This document shows, piece by piece, positions 43,689 to 59,920 of a DNA stretch of 64,000 nucleotides. Source of the DNA: Eledone cirrhosa (Eukaryota); the NCBI GenBank assembly GCA_964016885.1, contig OZ024759.1, positions 30,194,001 to 30,258,000 of the forward strand, read 5' to 3'. The notes beneath the pieces are model-generated. The model did not search any database. It was not told the DNA's origin and was given only the letters and a program-made list of their open reading frames with translations. Made by a program: the position numbers and the translations under genes. How positions within the stretch are numbered: the stretch's first letter is position 1; every line of letters starts with the position of its first letter.

Positions 43689-44104
43689 ACAATATTAAAT
43701 AAATGGAAACTATATTTATAAAACCATATTTATTTCATCATATATATTTCAGGGATAATATATTAACAATATGCTATGCCTTCCTCAGACAAAATACAAT
43801 ATAAACAGTTTTATAGATAAATAGATTCGACCAAATCAACCTTCTCAAATGCAAGTAGATGTTGTTACGGTATGTCGAATCTATTTATCTATAAAACTGT
43901 TTATATTGTATTTTGTCTGAGGAAGGCATAGCATATTGTTAATATGTTATCCCTGAAATATATATGATGAAATAAATATGGTTTTATAAATATAGTTTCC
44001 ATTTATTTAATATTGTAAGTATACTCCAAATATTTGTCGAGTGCTTTTATATCAGTTATAAATATTTACTAGTTGTAACACAACAATTTAAATATAACTT
44101 TCCA
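43689..44104 (+). mobile_element. Family A fold-back element with long arms and hammerhead motif (43911-43972)
   Basis: ~140-bp arms; ttttgt-CTGAGGA-agg…cct-GAAA-tatata-TG-atgaaa (cleavage triplet altered in both arms). Confidence 0.8.
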
Positions 44105-44279
44105 TATATATATATATATATATTTCGTTGACAAATATATCAATATGCCCAGACATGCAGATATATTGTCCTTGGTATGACAGTGTGGTTTTAGCTCAAT
44201 GTAGGATAACTAGTATACCACAGAGCCGTTATAGTTATAGGAATAACCAAAGAGAACTTACAAATACATTGTTTTATTA

Positions 44280-44324
44280 GCTAACAGTGTTTCATCCATA
44301 CACCATGGCAGGAATCATCAGAGC
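44280..44324 (-). ncRNA. Minimal hammerhead-like motif
   Basis: Reverse complement: gct-CTGATGA-ttcctgccatggtgtatggat-GAAA-cactg-TT-agc; lies in a (TA)n-flanked insert at 44125-44375. Confidence 0.55.
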
Positions 44325-44373
44325 ATATAAACATGAGTATATCAGTAGTTGCATGCTCCATCGAGCTGCGTCA

Positions 44374-44416
<43 letters not shown>

Positions 44417-44475
44417 CATACACACAGTGTCATATATATATACACACAGGGTCATATATATATGTATATACATAT

Positions 44476-44705
44476 AATCAAAGATTAATATGGTTCAATG
44501 ATTACTCAATGAATATAGTTTTACAATAGATTAAAATCACTCTACAAGGAAGTTTTCTGGAGTTATTAATATTATTCAGAATACTGCCAATACTGGAATT
44601 GAACTATTAAGACAGTTGAGATATGTCATACATCAATTCATGTATTTTATCTGACGAGGACGTACTGAAAAACAGCACAGTACCTTCGAAGTATATATAA
44701 TACAC
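44476..44705. mobile_element. Family E element, degraded, with hammerhead remnant (44645-44702)
   Basis: ttttat-CTGACGA-ggacgtactg…cagtaccttc-GAAG; homologous to 49843-50170. Confidence 0.6.
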
Positions 44706-45259
44706 ACATATATATTTATATAGACATGTGTTTTTGCGCGTGTGACTGTGTCTCTACTGGTGCACGTGTGTATGCCTGTGCTTATATATATGTGTGTGCG
44801 TAATATTAAGGATACTATTTATGGTTATGTATATACTAAAACTTTTTATAGTTATATATATTTTAAACCCTAAACAGTGAAGGTCAGTAATTTATTACTA
44901 CCTTATTACCAGTAATATAAATAGTTCAATGTAATAACATCAGTTGTTCTACAGAGCAGTAATATAGAATTCACAAGAATCAAAGCTATGTTCAAAGCAT
45001 TTATTCACTTACAATTGTTTCATCCAAACCTAGACTTGGAGTCTTCGGAGCATTTTTCAATGTTTGTACACATAATTGACCTCCTTTCTAAAGTGCGTAT
45101 ATGTATATGTATGTCATTATGTGTCTTCATATATATATATATATATATATATGTGTGTATGTCGATGTGTTTGTTTATGTATGTGTGTGTATGTCTATGT
45201 ATATCTATATTTATGTATATATATGTGTGTTTTTATGTGCGTCTATACACGTCTGTTCA

Positions 45260-45342
<83 letters not shown>

Positions 45343-45349
45343 TATATAA

Positions 45350-45544
45350 TATAAAACGAAAAATCAGTGATACATCTGGACTCAATTTATTGTGTGTTAC
45401 AATTGGGTGATGCAATTGTAACTTACAATATATTGAGTCCAGATGTATCACTGATTTTTCGTTTTTTATTATATCACACTCTGCTCTGTAAGAACATAGA
45501 GTGCTCAACCGGCATACCGCCTATGGAAGCATCATAGCTACCAT

Positions 45545-45550
<6 letters not shown>
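45350..45550 (+). mobile_element. Fold-back element with ~55-bp arms and agagtgct tail
   Basis: aaaacgaaaaatcagtgatacatctggactcaat… / …attgagtccagatgtatcactgatttttcgtttt. Confidence 0.65.
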
Positions 45551-45641
<91 letters not shown>

Positions 45642-45675
45642 ATACTTTGGGAGGGTCATGTTGCCAATATATGTG

Positions 45676-45732
<57 letters not shown>

Positions 45733-45846
45733 GTACTTCCACAACAGTTAGTTCACCATAACTCGTCCCATGGACTGAGTGCTCTACTACTACGGATATA
45801 ACCCTCCAGTGATCTACTATTATATATATATAATATATAATATATA

Positions 45847-45883
<37 letters not shown>

Positions 45884-46949
45884 CGTGTTACAATATATAT
45901 TACGCTTTCACAAATTGATACTGTTACGTTTGTATTTGTTTTAATATTTTGAATAACAGAAACTAATAAAATCTAATAAAACTAATAACATCTAATACAT
46001 CTCGCCCGTGTTACTATCAAACTACCATACCACCGTCACACCATTACCCCACTCCACCATCTCACCATCACACCACTCCACCATCTCACCAGCACACCAC
46101 TCCATCATCTCACCATCACACCACTCCTCCATCTCACCACTAACTACTCCATCATCTCACCATCACCCCAATCTACCGTCTCACCATCACCCCACTCTAT
46201 CGTCTCACCATTACACCACTCCTCCATCTCACCACACACCACTCCATCATCTCACCATCTCACCATCACCCTAATCTACCGTCTCACCATCACACCACTC
46301 CACCATCTCCCCAATCTACCGTCTCACCATCACCCCACTCTACTGTCTCACCATCACCCCACTCTACTGTCTCACCATTACACCACTCCACCTTCTCACC
46401 ATCACCCCAATATACCGTCTCACCATCACACCACTCCACCTTCTCACCATCACCCCACTCTTCCATCTCACCATTACACCACTCCACCATCACCCCAATC
46501 TACCATCTCACCATCACACCACTCCACCTTCTCACCATCACATCACTCCACCTTCTCACCATCACATCACTCCACCTTTCGCCATCACACCTCTCCACTA
46601 TCTCACCATCACACTACTCCACCATCCGACCGGCCAATCCACCACTCCCACCATACCACCATCTTACAACCCCACCATACCACTATACCATCATTCAATC
46701 AACCGACCATTCCACTGTCCAACCATTAAATAAACCGACCACACCACCATACCGTCTACCATCCCACCCTCCCCAAACCTCCCAATATCCCATCAATGAA
46801 TACTAATTACTACGTCACTAACTACGTCACTAATTACGTCACTAATGCAACTTTACCATTTATTGGTGTGTTTTATTTTTCTTACTTCCCATTCATTTTA
46901 TTTTCTTTCGTCCTTCTCCCCTCCAACAACCCACTGCTTAGTAAAACTC

Positions 46950-47832
46950 ACAATGGCCAACACCAGCACCGACACCACTAACACCAGCAGCAACAACAGC
47001 ACCACACTGCCCAGTAGAACTCACAATGACCAACACCAACACCAGCACCATTAACACCACCACAAACACCACTAACACCAACACCAACACCAACACCATT
47101 AACACCACCACAAACACCAGAACCACTAACAACACCAACACCAACACCAACACCAACAACAGCACCACACTGCCCAGTAGAACTCACAATGACCAACACC
47201 AGCAACAGCACCAGCACCATTAACACCACCACAAACACCACTAACACCAACACCAACACCAGCACCATTAACACCACCACAAACACCAGAACCACTAACA
47301 ACACCAACACCAACACCAACACCAACAACAGCACCACACTGCCCAGTAGAACTCACAATGACCAACACCAGCAACAGCACCAGCACCATTAACACCACCA
47401 CAAACACCACCAACACCAACACCAACACCAATACCAACAACAACACCAATACCAACACCAGCACCATTAACACCACCAACACCAATACCAACAACAACAC
47501 CATCGCCATTAACACCACCACAAACACCACCACAGACACCACCAACACCAACACCAACACCAATACCAACAACAACACCATCACCATTAACACCACCACA
47601 AACACCACCAACATCAACACCAACACCACCACAAACACCACCACAGACACCACCACCAACACCACCAACAACAACACCAACACCACCACAAACACCACTA
47701 ATACCAACACCACCACAGACACCACCACCAACACCACCAACAACAACACCAACACCAACACCAACACCAGCACCATTAACACCACCACCAACACCACCAC
47801 AGACACCACCAACACCAACACCAACACCAGCA
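46950..47832. repeat. CAC/CAA tract with a ~162-169-bp unit repeated three times
   Basis: cagcaccacactgcccagtagaactcacaatgacc at ~46997, 47160 and 47328. Confidence 0.9.
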
Positions 47833-48504
47833 TTGTTCGTATATAACAGAGTGGGTGTAAGTTCGTTTGTGTGTATGTGAGAGAGTTGGTATATAAATCT
47901 GTGAATGTTCATATACAACTGTGTGTTTGTGTTTGTGTGTGTATGCGTGTGTGAGAGTTCATATATAAAGCTGTGTGTACGTATGAGATCATATATAACG
48001 CTTTATGTGTTTAAGTGTAACATCTGCATGAATCTGTGTATGTGTATTTATGTATGTATGTGTGAGTTAATATATATAACTATGTGTGAGTGTAAATTTA
48101 TATATAAAGCTCTTTCCCCCCCGCTCTTTCTCTCTGCCCCACCTCACTCTCTCCCCCTCTCTCTCTGCCCCACCTCACTCTCTCCCCCTCTCTCTCTGCC
48201 CCACCTCACTTTCTCCCCCCTCTCTCTGCCCCCCCATCTCTCTCCCCACCTCACTCTCACCCTATATATGTGTGTACGGCTTTATATATATATTCTTCGT
48301 TCGTATTAAACTTACCAACAAGAATCACGTGGTATTTATTTTCGTATGATCTCAATAATAAGATGGCGTATGTCGTGGTAAACATAGTAACAGTTGCAGG
48401 TTTGTTGTCACAGATTTGAGGTAGGGGGAGAGAGGGAGGGAAGAGGGGGAGGGGGGGAGTAATAGATTTGTGTATATTTGATTAATTCCCGTTCTGGTAT
48501 ATAC

Positions 48505-48545
<41 letters not shown>

Positions 48546-48559
48546 TATGTGTGTGTGTG

Positions 48560-48628
<69 letters not shown>

Positions 48629-48647
48629 GTATATGTGTATATGTATG

Positions 48648-48694
<47 letters not shown>

Positions 48695-48930
48695 CATATA
48701 TATTTATATACATACATACATATATATACATATATATATATACACATATATATACTTACATAATATACATATATATACACATATATACATATATATATAC
48801 GAACACATACATATATATATATATACATATATACACATATATACATATATATTATATACATATATACATATATACATATATACATATACATGTATATACG
48901 CATATATACATATACACACACATATACGTA

Positions 48931-49003
<73 letters not shown>

Positions 49004-49374
49004 ATTCATTTATACATATACACACATATATACAAATATATAAATACATAGAAACATACATACAAATATATATATATGTATACATATATATACATACATA
49101 CACACATGTGGATATGTATGTATACACAAATATGTATGTATGTATGTCAAAAGTAGCATAACATGAAGTGCAACTATCAAATATACGGAACAATAAAGGT
49201 TTGTTACAAAACCTTCAACCGCTTTCAATATGATAACCAGACAATACATTTATTTTTACAGACGATCAACATAAAAATGTGTGTGTTTGTATGTAAGTGT
49301 GTGACAGCGTGTATACAATCATACATTATATATGTGTATATACAATATACATTCATATAAATCCTTCTCCCCCC

Positions 49375-49411
<37 letters not shown>

Positions 49412-49799
49412 AATATAAAAAAGATGAGAAGAAAGAAGAATACTGCGTGGTTGCACATGGGTTACATATGATAAAATTAGTCCCTCGTCAGTGATTTGCC
49501 AACCATCATTGATATTTCATCGCATTAAAAATCATATACTTCAGGTTGGTGCGAGCAATAACTAAAAAAAGCTATTGGGACAAGTAAATCGCGTAAAGCG
49601 AGTGAGACAAGTAAACAACATAGAAGGAAGCAAACCGAATATATATAGTGACGAAACATAAGTCAATTGCATGAACTCATAATCCTTTATTTACTGCTAT
49701 ATATATTTCGATGATAGACATTGAATGGCTATGATCTCATCAGGCAGTTAGTCAGTTCTTAGATATGCGTTTGTGGTGTTGATGGTATCAGAGCCTTGG

Positions 49800-49842
<43 letters not shown>

Positions 49843-49846
<4 letters not shown>

Positions 49847-50170
49847 AAAGTTAAACAAGGTTCAATGAATACATCAAAGAATGAGTTTTACAATAGATTG
49901 GAAGCACTCAACAGTATGGTTTTCCACAGTTATTGTATTAATTCAAAATATTAACAAAATAGATATTATTGTGATCAATTATATTTTATATACTACCATA
50001 TACTACCATGACTAAATCTTAACCATCTAATATGTCAGGGTATGTCATGTATCATTTTATTTTATCTGATGAGGACGTACTGTTGAACTTAACTCAGTAC
50101 CTCCGAAATATGTATAATAAAATATAAATGATCACAAGAATATCTATTTTGTTAATATTTTGAATTAATA
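49843..50170 (-). mobile_element. Family E fold-back element
   Basis: Tail on the left (agcactca at 49903); inverted arm on the right ending at (TA)n. Confidence 0.7.
50058..50124 (+). ncRNA. Type I hammerhead ribozyme
   Basis: tattttat-CTGATGA-ggacgtactg…cagtacctcc-GAAA-tatgta-TA-ataaaata. Confidence 0.8.
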
Positions 50171-50411
50171 TATATATATATATATATATGTATATGTGTG
50201 TCTGTGTATGTAAGTGTGTGACAGCGTGTATACAATCATATATTATATATGTGTATATACAATATACATTCATATACACCCCTCTCTCTCTATATATATA
50301 TATGTGTGTGTGTGTGCATGAGTAAATATTCACACGCACGCATATATGCATATATATCTGTATTCTTGTATACACATACGCACACACACACATAATATAT
50401 ATATATATATA

Positions 50412-50591
50412 GGAACAAGTAGGACACCGACGGCTGAGCTCAAGCCGTTTCGACGGCTAATTCTTGAGTCCAGAATTAGCCGTCGAAACGGCTTGAGCTC
50501 AGCCGTCGGGGTCCTACTCGTTCCTATTACCCACAGTATTGAGTACTTTGGCGCGTTATGGTCCATCTAGTTCCTTACCACATTTCCTTCG

Positions 50592-50593
<2 letters not shown>
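50412..50593 (+). mobile_element. Family B fold-back element
   Basis: Arms plus tail, as at 6379-6564. Confidence 0.8.
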
Positions 50594-50658
<65 letters not shown>

Positions 50659-50746
50659 TGTGTATGTATATATATGCATATATATGTATATAAAAATGTG
50701 TATCTATCTATATATAAATATATATATTGTAACTCCAAGTTACACT

Positions 50747-50782
<36 letters not shown>

Positions 50783-51279
50783 GCATATATATGTATGTAT
50801 ATATGTGTTTATATATATATATTATCTGTATACATATGTGTGTGTACACCTAGTTATTCTAGGTTTATTGATCCATCAAGCGCATCAAGCACCTCTACCA
50901 CCACCACCACCTACACCACCTTCACCACCACCACAACCACAACCACCACCACCACCACTTACCGTCCTAATTCTGTTCTTTTCTCATTGGAACATTCATT
51001 GTACGATACTAAAAGTGAGTTCTATGTCCTTGATTCAGTGTAGAACAACATAAAAAAAACTAGCTAACTTTACAATAGCACACACTATGTCAATAGTTTC
51101 TGTGTATTTTTCCAGCAACTTTGCTAGCCACCTAGATTGTTAATAGCCAATCGCGGTCTTTATTAGCTGAACAATGTGTGAGGCAACCAGAAAATAACTC
51201 ATTCGTTTAGTATGTTACTGGAAGGTATGAGCGATGTTGGTCTGGAAGCGGTGCGAGTGTTCATGAGAGCCGCCTGAGC

Positions 51280-51600
51280 AGGTTCGTCTGAAGGACTTTC
51301 AGATCAGGAATTAAGGGCATTTCCAATTAATCCTACCAGCATGAGACAAGCTCTATAAAAAGCATCCCACATACAATAAACCGGAGATTCCTGGAAAAGT
51401 CCAGACCATATACTAACCAAACAAAGAGATGATCCCTCTGCCTCAGTGAAAAATTCGGGTTCCTGTAGGGTTTAATGTCATCAAAGAAATGCCAAAATTC
51501 AAAGAGCGATGTTTTTTGAGGGCTGTGTATATCTCAAGAAATGTCTACCGCCCGGATATCCAATCATCATAAACAGAAGTGCTGCATCCGCCATAATTCC
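51280..51600 (+). pseudogene. Degenerate Naiad-like PLE GIY-YIG C-terminus with in-frame TGA at a conserved Cys
   Basis: 51331-51453 reads SYQHETS…IPHTINRRFLEKSRPYTNQTKR*SLCLSEKF and aligns with FTLKWDILSSASAYRSGLKYCRLCNLEL of ORF 8537-8932. Confidence 0.7.
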
Positions 51601-51934
51601 AACACATTAATACTCCATACAACATATCACCTATTTAAACACCTTGCACTACACTACCAACTGACACAAATGATTAACAACAGACCGAACATACGGGCAC
51701 AGAAAAACATAGCATCGTAGCAATTTGGATCAATATATTTTTCTGGTTATGCCCCCTTTCAACACGTGATTTCAACCCTATATTTAGTTCAGATATCGTA
51801 CTTTACGGCTCGTGAATTAGGTCAACGCACTACAGCTTTGCCTCGTTCTGCACCTTCGTGTACGGTCTGCAGTTACTGCCACGCCTATGCATTGAAACCT
51901 AAGGTAGCAGAATGAATGTGGCGTGTATGAGTCG

Positions 51935-51996
<62 letters not shown>

Positions 51997-52852
51997 TATG
52001 TCTTTCTCGAACAAGATGCGAAGAGCGTCAGTCAATATATATATATATATATATTAGTATGTCTTTCTCGAACAAAATGCGAAGAGCGTCAGTCGAGTAC
52101 AAATTGCAAGGGCCTCTTCCTCCAGTCTATGGTAGGGCTGTAGTGATAGGGGCCCAGCGTAGTTAGTAGGGTGTTTAGTTTTCACATATTCGCTAAAGGT
52201 AACTGGAGAAGGTTTGTTGCATGTTTTCTCTCAGAATATTTGCGCATGTGTGTGCCTATTTATATTTATACAGTATACACGTATGTTTTGTCTGTTTACA
52301 CAACTACATATGAATTTCAAAATAAATTATCGAATGATTCCTCTGGAGACATTTTACAAGTCTATATTTTTCTTATCTCAAGTGTATAGAAATGATGATT
52401 CTAAATCAATTATTCCGTAGATTTAATATTCTAGTTTTCAATTTACAATTTACATGTATAAACGATGTTTATTGTTTTATTTTATATACAATTACTTTTC
52501 TTTAACTCCTATCTATTCACTTATATTATTCAATATAATTCTCATTTTCTTCATACTTACGTAAAGATATTTTAAAATTAATCATTATGTGAATGTAAAG
52601 ACAAAAAAAGAGTGAAAAAATAAAATAAATCTTCTTCACCCTTTCAATTTACACACACACAAACACTTAGAAACGCATCTACATAAAATACACAGAATTA
52701 CATACATATACACACATGATCCAATTTGATCAGTTTTCTAAGTGATTATATTATCCGCACAAAGACACTTAGCTTTTTATGTTACACTCACGCACAGATA
52801 CACATATGTGTGTGTGTATGTGTATGATATACGTATATCTATATAGATATAC

Positions 52853-52911
<59 letters not shown>

Positions 52912-52974
52912 GGTATATATATATATTTGTGTATATACATACATACATACGCATATATATATATATATATATAA

Positions 52975-53050
<76 letters not shown>

Positions 53051-53148
53051 CATACATACGCATATATATATATATATATATATACATACATATGTATATA
53101 TATATGTGTATATACATACATACGCATATATATATATATATGCATACG

Positions 53149-53196
<48 letters not shown>

Positions 53197-53541
53197 CATA
53201 TATGTATATATGTACGCGCACACAAACATACATATATAATATATATTTGGTTAACTTAGATGAATGTATATCGAACAAGAATGTATGCGTCGGTGAGAAA
53301 ACCCCGCGACAAGCCTCAGTAACTTCGAAGAGGAACATTTTTCTGTTTGTTCTGTCAGCTTTATACAAACACCCACGCTACAATCTCAACTATAAAGGGA
53401 GTGAAACAATGATGGTCCTATTCAAAAGATGTATTGAACGACGCCATATTTAACAATATGTTGGAAAATATGAAATATGAAAAGGAAGTTATATGGACAT
53501 TATAGAGACGTGAAACATCATCCGAATCTTCAAAATTTAAA

Positions 53542-53603
<62 letters not shown>

Positions 53604-53607
<4 letters not shown>

Positions 53608-53762
53608 ATAATAAGAAAAGTGAAGACTAAAATCGGAAGAGGGCTCGATAATTGCTGCTTTCCCCCCTTAACAGTATCTTCTGAAGATCCCTTTAAGGGT
53701 GAGAGCAGCGATTCTTTGCTTAAACTTTAATCTGTTATATATATAACAGATTAAAGTTTAAG

Positions 53763-53766
<4 letters not shown>
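53604..53766. mobile_element. Family D fold-back element fragment
   Basis: CTGAAGA-tccc ttta agggt-GAGA hammerhead variant; homologs at 54272-54537, 59921-60301 and 63441-63570. Confidence 0.65.
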
Positions 53767-53797
<31 letters not shown>

Positions 53798-53799
<2 letters not shown>

Positions 53800-54252
53800 G
53801 ATATTAAATAAATGGAAACTATATTTATAAAACCATATTTATTTCATTATATATATTTCAGGAATATCACATTAAAAATATGGTATGCCTTCTTCAGACA
53901 AAATACAATATAAACAGTCTTATAAATAGATAGATTTGACATACCTTTCAACTTCATCTTCCATTTAAAAAGTTGATTTTTTTAAAAGTTGATTTAAATG
54001 GAAGATGAAGTTGAAAGGTATGTCAAATCTATCTATTTATAAGACTGTTTATATTGTATTTTGTCTGAAGAAGGCATACCATATTTTTAATGTGATATCC
54101 CTGAAATATATATAATGAAATAAATATGGTTTTATAAATATAGTTTCCATTTATTTAATATCGTAAATATACTCCAAATACTTGTTGAGTGCTTTTATAT
54201 CAGTTATAAATATTTACTCGTTGTAACCCAACAATTTAAATAAAACTTTGCA
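53798..54252 (+). mobile_element. Family A fold-back element with the longest arms (~170 bp)
   Basis: Near-perfect inverted arms plus tail tgagtgct; (TA)n flanks. Confidence 0.85.
54059..54120 (+). ncRNA. Type I hammerhead ribozyme (mirror copy at ~53841-53902 -)
   Basis: ttttgt-CTGAAGA-aggcataccatat…atgtgatatccct-GAAA-tatata-TA-atgaaa. Confidence 0.7.
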
Positions 54253-54271
54253 TATATATATATATATTTAT

Positions 54272-54537
54272 TAAAATAACAGATTAAAGTTTAAGCAAGA
54301 ACCAAAGTATCGTCTTCCTGTCTTCCTCCGGTTGCAACGTTTTTTGAAATATCCAGTTCTGCGTTTACAGATTGACTTTGTTAGTTTCAGAAGATCCCGT
54401 TAAGGGTGAAAGCTCTTTGCTTAAACTTTAATCTGTTATTTTAATAAATATTTGCTCTACGGTTCTTATATATTTGATATATATTTTCCTTATCGAGCCC
54501 TCTTTGGATTTTAGTCTTCAATTTTATTATTATTACT
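54272..54537 (+). mobile_element. Family D fold-back element
   Basis: Inverted taaaataacagattaaagtttaagcaa / ttgcttaaactttaatctgttatttta; tail cttatcgagccctc. Confidence 0.7.
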
Positions 54538-54556
54538 ATATATATATATATATATA

Positions 54557-54730
54557 TTGTTATATTTGTGGATGGTCATATTGTTATGATATTGCCAGAA
54601 ACAATAATGGAACACACTCACTGTTTGGTTAGTTTTCGCTTCTGTATCTTTTATATCTCCATAGTTACTTTATCCGGCACTCAATGTTTATTTCAACACA
54701 CGATTTCATATCAAAAACTTTGCAAAACAA
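54557..54730 (-). mobile_element. (TA)n-associated element, family J (also 56820-56990 and 45637-45670)
   Basis: Shared ttgttata.ttg.g..gggt.at.ttg…aacacactca.tgtttggtt.gttttcgc.tctgtatcttttatatctccatag. Confidence 0.6.
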
Positions 54731-54749
54731 ATATATATATATATATATA

Positions 54750-54841
<92 letters not shown>

Positions 54842-54884
54842 GTGTTTGTGCGTGTTTGTGTGTGTGTGCGTTTGTGTGTGTGAG

Positions 54885-55090
54885 GCCCGAGGTTAATCGG
54901 GGGTAACCACAGTAAGTAAGGTACTCAATATATTAGTAGAGTTTATACACCAAATTTAATATGGAAATGGCTTCTACAGGATAAGAACTGTTTCATTCAA
55001 AGGATTTCCTCAAACGTTTCTGATGATTTTCTTTAAATGAAACAGTTCTATTCATTTTCATGTAGAAGCCACTTTTATAATAAATATTTT
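54885..55090 (-). mobile_element. Family C fold-back element
   Basis: Reverse-complement homolog of 18316-18478. Confidence 0.7.
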
Positions 55091-55109
55091 ATATACACAC
55101 ATACATGCA

Positions 55110-55146
<37 letters not shown>

Positions 55147-55452
55147 TAAAGGTTTCTAATACTTAAACATCTAATTCTTCACCATACGAAACCATTGCGG
55201 GGAGATCTATATATAAGCGAAGCTAGATAGGATACATTTTTTTGTCTAACTTCTTTATACTCCCGGAATTAGAGTTTTTTTTCTCATTTAAAATTAATAT
55301 ATATATATAAATGCAAGCTCTCGCCGTCCGAGGGTTCTTAACCCCATTATCAGGCTAAATAATTTCTCTAATTTCTTTAGTCAAAATACGGCGATAGCTT
55401 ACATTTATAATAATTTCAAATTCGCTCGCTGATTCGAAAATATTATTACTTA

Positions 55453-55635
55453 GTGGATTGGCAGTATCGGTAGAGGGTCGGACGCCATGCTTTCCAGCAT
55501 AGTTACGTCCCTTTATGGTCTGAGTTCAAATCCCGCCGAGGTTGACTTTGCCTTTCATCCTTCCGGGGTCGATAAAATAAAGTACCAGTAATGCCCTGGG
55601 GATTTGCTGGCCTTGTGCCAAAAGTAGAAACTATT
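55453..55635 (+). mobile_element. Meta-type SINE
   Basis: Well-conserved head and core. Confidence 0.85.
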
Positions 55636-55654
55636 ATTACTTAATATATATATA

Positions 55655-56466
<812 letters not shown>

Positions 56467-57180
56467 GTGTGTGTATGTATATGCGTGTGTGTGTGTATGT
56501 GTCTTTGTGTAAGCAGATCACAACAGTGGAGTTACGAAAATACTCAAGTTTCGTTGGATTTACCTCCATAATGCCTCTGTTGTGAACTGATTGTGTGAAC
56601 ATGTTATATATAATCCATCCAACGGATTGAGTGCTCTAAACCCTTGGATATGTTATAGCAAGATAATAATACAATATATATATATATATATATATATCTT
56701 GTCGTCAAATATGAAATTTGTAGAACTTTGTCTTTATTTCGACAAATTTCTAGAAATTTCTTATTTCACGACCCAATTTATAGACATGTATATACATATA
56801 CATAGGTATAATATATATATTGTTATACTTGGGAAGGGTTATATTGTTGTAATAATATTGCCATAAATAATAACAGAACACACTCAGTGTTTGGTTGGTT
56901 TTCGCCTCTGTATCTTTTATATCTCCATAGTTAATTCATTTGGTCTTCAATGTTTATCATTGACTGACCAACGGCCAAAAATACAGATATAATATAGATA
57001 TAAATACATATATATATCAGATTATATGTTGAATGGTTGTGCACTGTTAATCATCTCGACCGGCTGAACTAAGATTGCTTCGCCTGCCTAGGTTTACCTG
57101 CGTCTAGAGAGTGTGAGTGTTCGTGTGTGTATATGTGTATATGTGTGTATATTTTTATACATACACACGCCCCCCCCACC

Positions 57181-57234
<54 letters not shown>

Positions 57235-57367
57235 CTTACATACATATATACATACACATACATACATGTATATAAATACATACATATATAAATCATAGAT
57301 TGAGTTAGAATCCCAAAATTGGTCATTTGCGATTGGAACACATACATACTTACATCTGTGTTCATCC

Positions 57368-57443
<76 letters not shown>

Positions 57444-57559
57444 GATAAATCTACCAAATGTTTACGGTTGTGTTTTTTATAATTTATAGTGTTTTTAATA
57501 ATTTATATATATATATATATAACTATATATATATATATATAGTTATATATAACTATATA

Positions 57560-57652
<93 letters not shown>

Positions 57653-58535
57653 CTATATATATATATATATAACTATATATATACTATATATATATACACT
57701 CACATACATATAATGTGAGGGTATGTGTATGTGTGTATATATATGTATGTGTGTGTAATATATATGTATGTGTGTGTATGAACGTGTGTATATGTATGTG
57801 TGTGTATGAACGTGTGTATATGTATGTGTGTGTATGAACGTGTGTATATGTATGTGTGTGTGTGTGTTGAGGTTGTTTTTTCTATAGATGTTATAGATTT
57901 GATGACTGTGCCCAAGTTGTCATCCATTTTAAGACTTATGTTGATAAGGATGTTATCTTTCATTGGAACGGTAAATAAGGCAACACAGTATCATACATAT
58001 TGTGACAATAGAACGGTGTGGACTAGAGAGAGAGAGGGGGGGGGAGAAAGAGAGCGGGAGAGATAGATAGTGGGAGAGTGAGGGGGGATGGTGGGAATGA
58101 GAGATAGAGAGAGGGAGAGTGGTAGATGATGGGAATGAGAGACAGAGAGAGTGAGATGATGTGATAATAGAACGATGTGTACGAGAGAGATAGAGAGAGA
58201 GTTAGTGCGAGAGAGAGAGAGAGTGAGTTAGTGCGAGAGAGAGGGAGAGAGTGGGAGAGAGGGGGGAGATGATGGGAGAGACAAAGAGAGAGAGAGATAG
58301 TGGGAGAGAGAGAGAGAGGTAGATAGTGGAATAGAATGAGAGAAAGAGGTGATAGTGGGAGTGAAATATAGAGACAGAGAGGGATAGAGTGAGGGAGAGA
58401 GGGGTGGTGGTAGTGGGAGAGAGAGTGAGGGGTAGATAGTTGAAGATAGATAGAGGGAGTGACAGAAAGAGAGAGAGACAGAAAGAGAGTGAGAGAGAGA
58501 GAAAGAGAGATTGAGAGAGATGGATTGACAGATGG

Positions 58536-58567
<32 letters not shown>

Positions 58568-58597
58568 TGAGAGCGAGGAAGAGAGAGGGAGAGAGAG

Positions 58598-58642
<45 letters not shown>

Positions 58643-58770
58643 GAGTGTGTGTGTGTGAGTTTGAGATAGACGGTTAGTAGGCGTTTTGATAGATAGAATT
58701 TGAGAAAGATAGAGAGAAAGAAAAAAAGAGATGGATAGATAGATGGGGAGATAGATAGATAGGTAGATAA

Positions 58771-58821
<51 letters not shown>

Positions 58822-59392
58822 TATGGGGAGATAAATAAATAGATAGATGGGGAGATAGATAGATAGATAGATAGATATATGGGGAGATAGATAGATAGAT
58901 AGATGGGGAGATAGATATATTTCTTTATTAGCCACAGGGGCACAAAAGAAGGGGACAAATACAAAGGGGGAAGTTTACATACAATAAAAACGTGTAAAAT
59001 GTTATCACAGATGGAATTTAAGGGAGATAGATAGATAGATAGATAGATATATGGGGAGATAGATAGATAGATAGATGGGGAGATATATATATAGATTCAT
59101 AGATAGATAGATGGAGTGAGTTTGAGGTAGAGAGTTAGTAGCCGTTTTGATAGACAGATAAAAGGTTTGAGAAAGAAAGAGAGAGAGGGGGAGGGGGATA
59201 GATCGATAGATAGACAGAGATTGATAGGTAGACAGGGGTTTGAGATAGAAAAAGGCGTAAGGTCGACCTCTATGAATAGAAGTCTTTTCACCAACATATG
59301 TTTCTGTAATGGCGGTATAGAGTGTATTTGAAAAGAGATTTACTAATCTTTATTATTTATAATATATATATATATATATATATATACATACA

Positions 59393-59453
<61 letters not shown>

Positions 59454-59920
59454 ATACATATATATATATACACACACTATATACACAAACACACACACAC
59501 ACACATATATATACACACACATGTATATATACACACACAGAGATACATATATATATATACACACACACACACATATATATATAAATATCTGTATACATAC
59601 ATACACTATATATATACATATACATAGAACACTGAAAAGAAGACCAAATACTTGATTATATTTTAATTACCGCACGTTTCTTCCACATCATAAAACATAT
59701 AATTAATTATTAGTTGATCAGTTATATGAATATATCATTGGCCTCATCAGAATTAATAAAAATTACAAGAAACATTTTAAACCCCATCGGGTCATTTTAT
59801 ATACAATCTTACACCAACGTTAAATCTGTTTTCTTATTCGAAATTACTATATATATATATACACACACACACACGGCCAGACACACACACACACATACAC
59901 ACACACATATATATATATAT

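Noticed and set aside
51600-51940. SECIS element downstream of the TGA-containing fragment
   Set aside because: No convincing RUGA…AA…GA kink-turn hairpin found by eye; needs SECISearch3.
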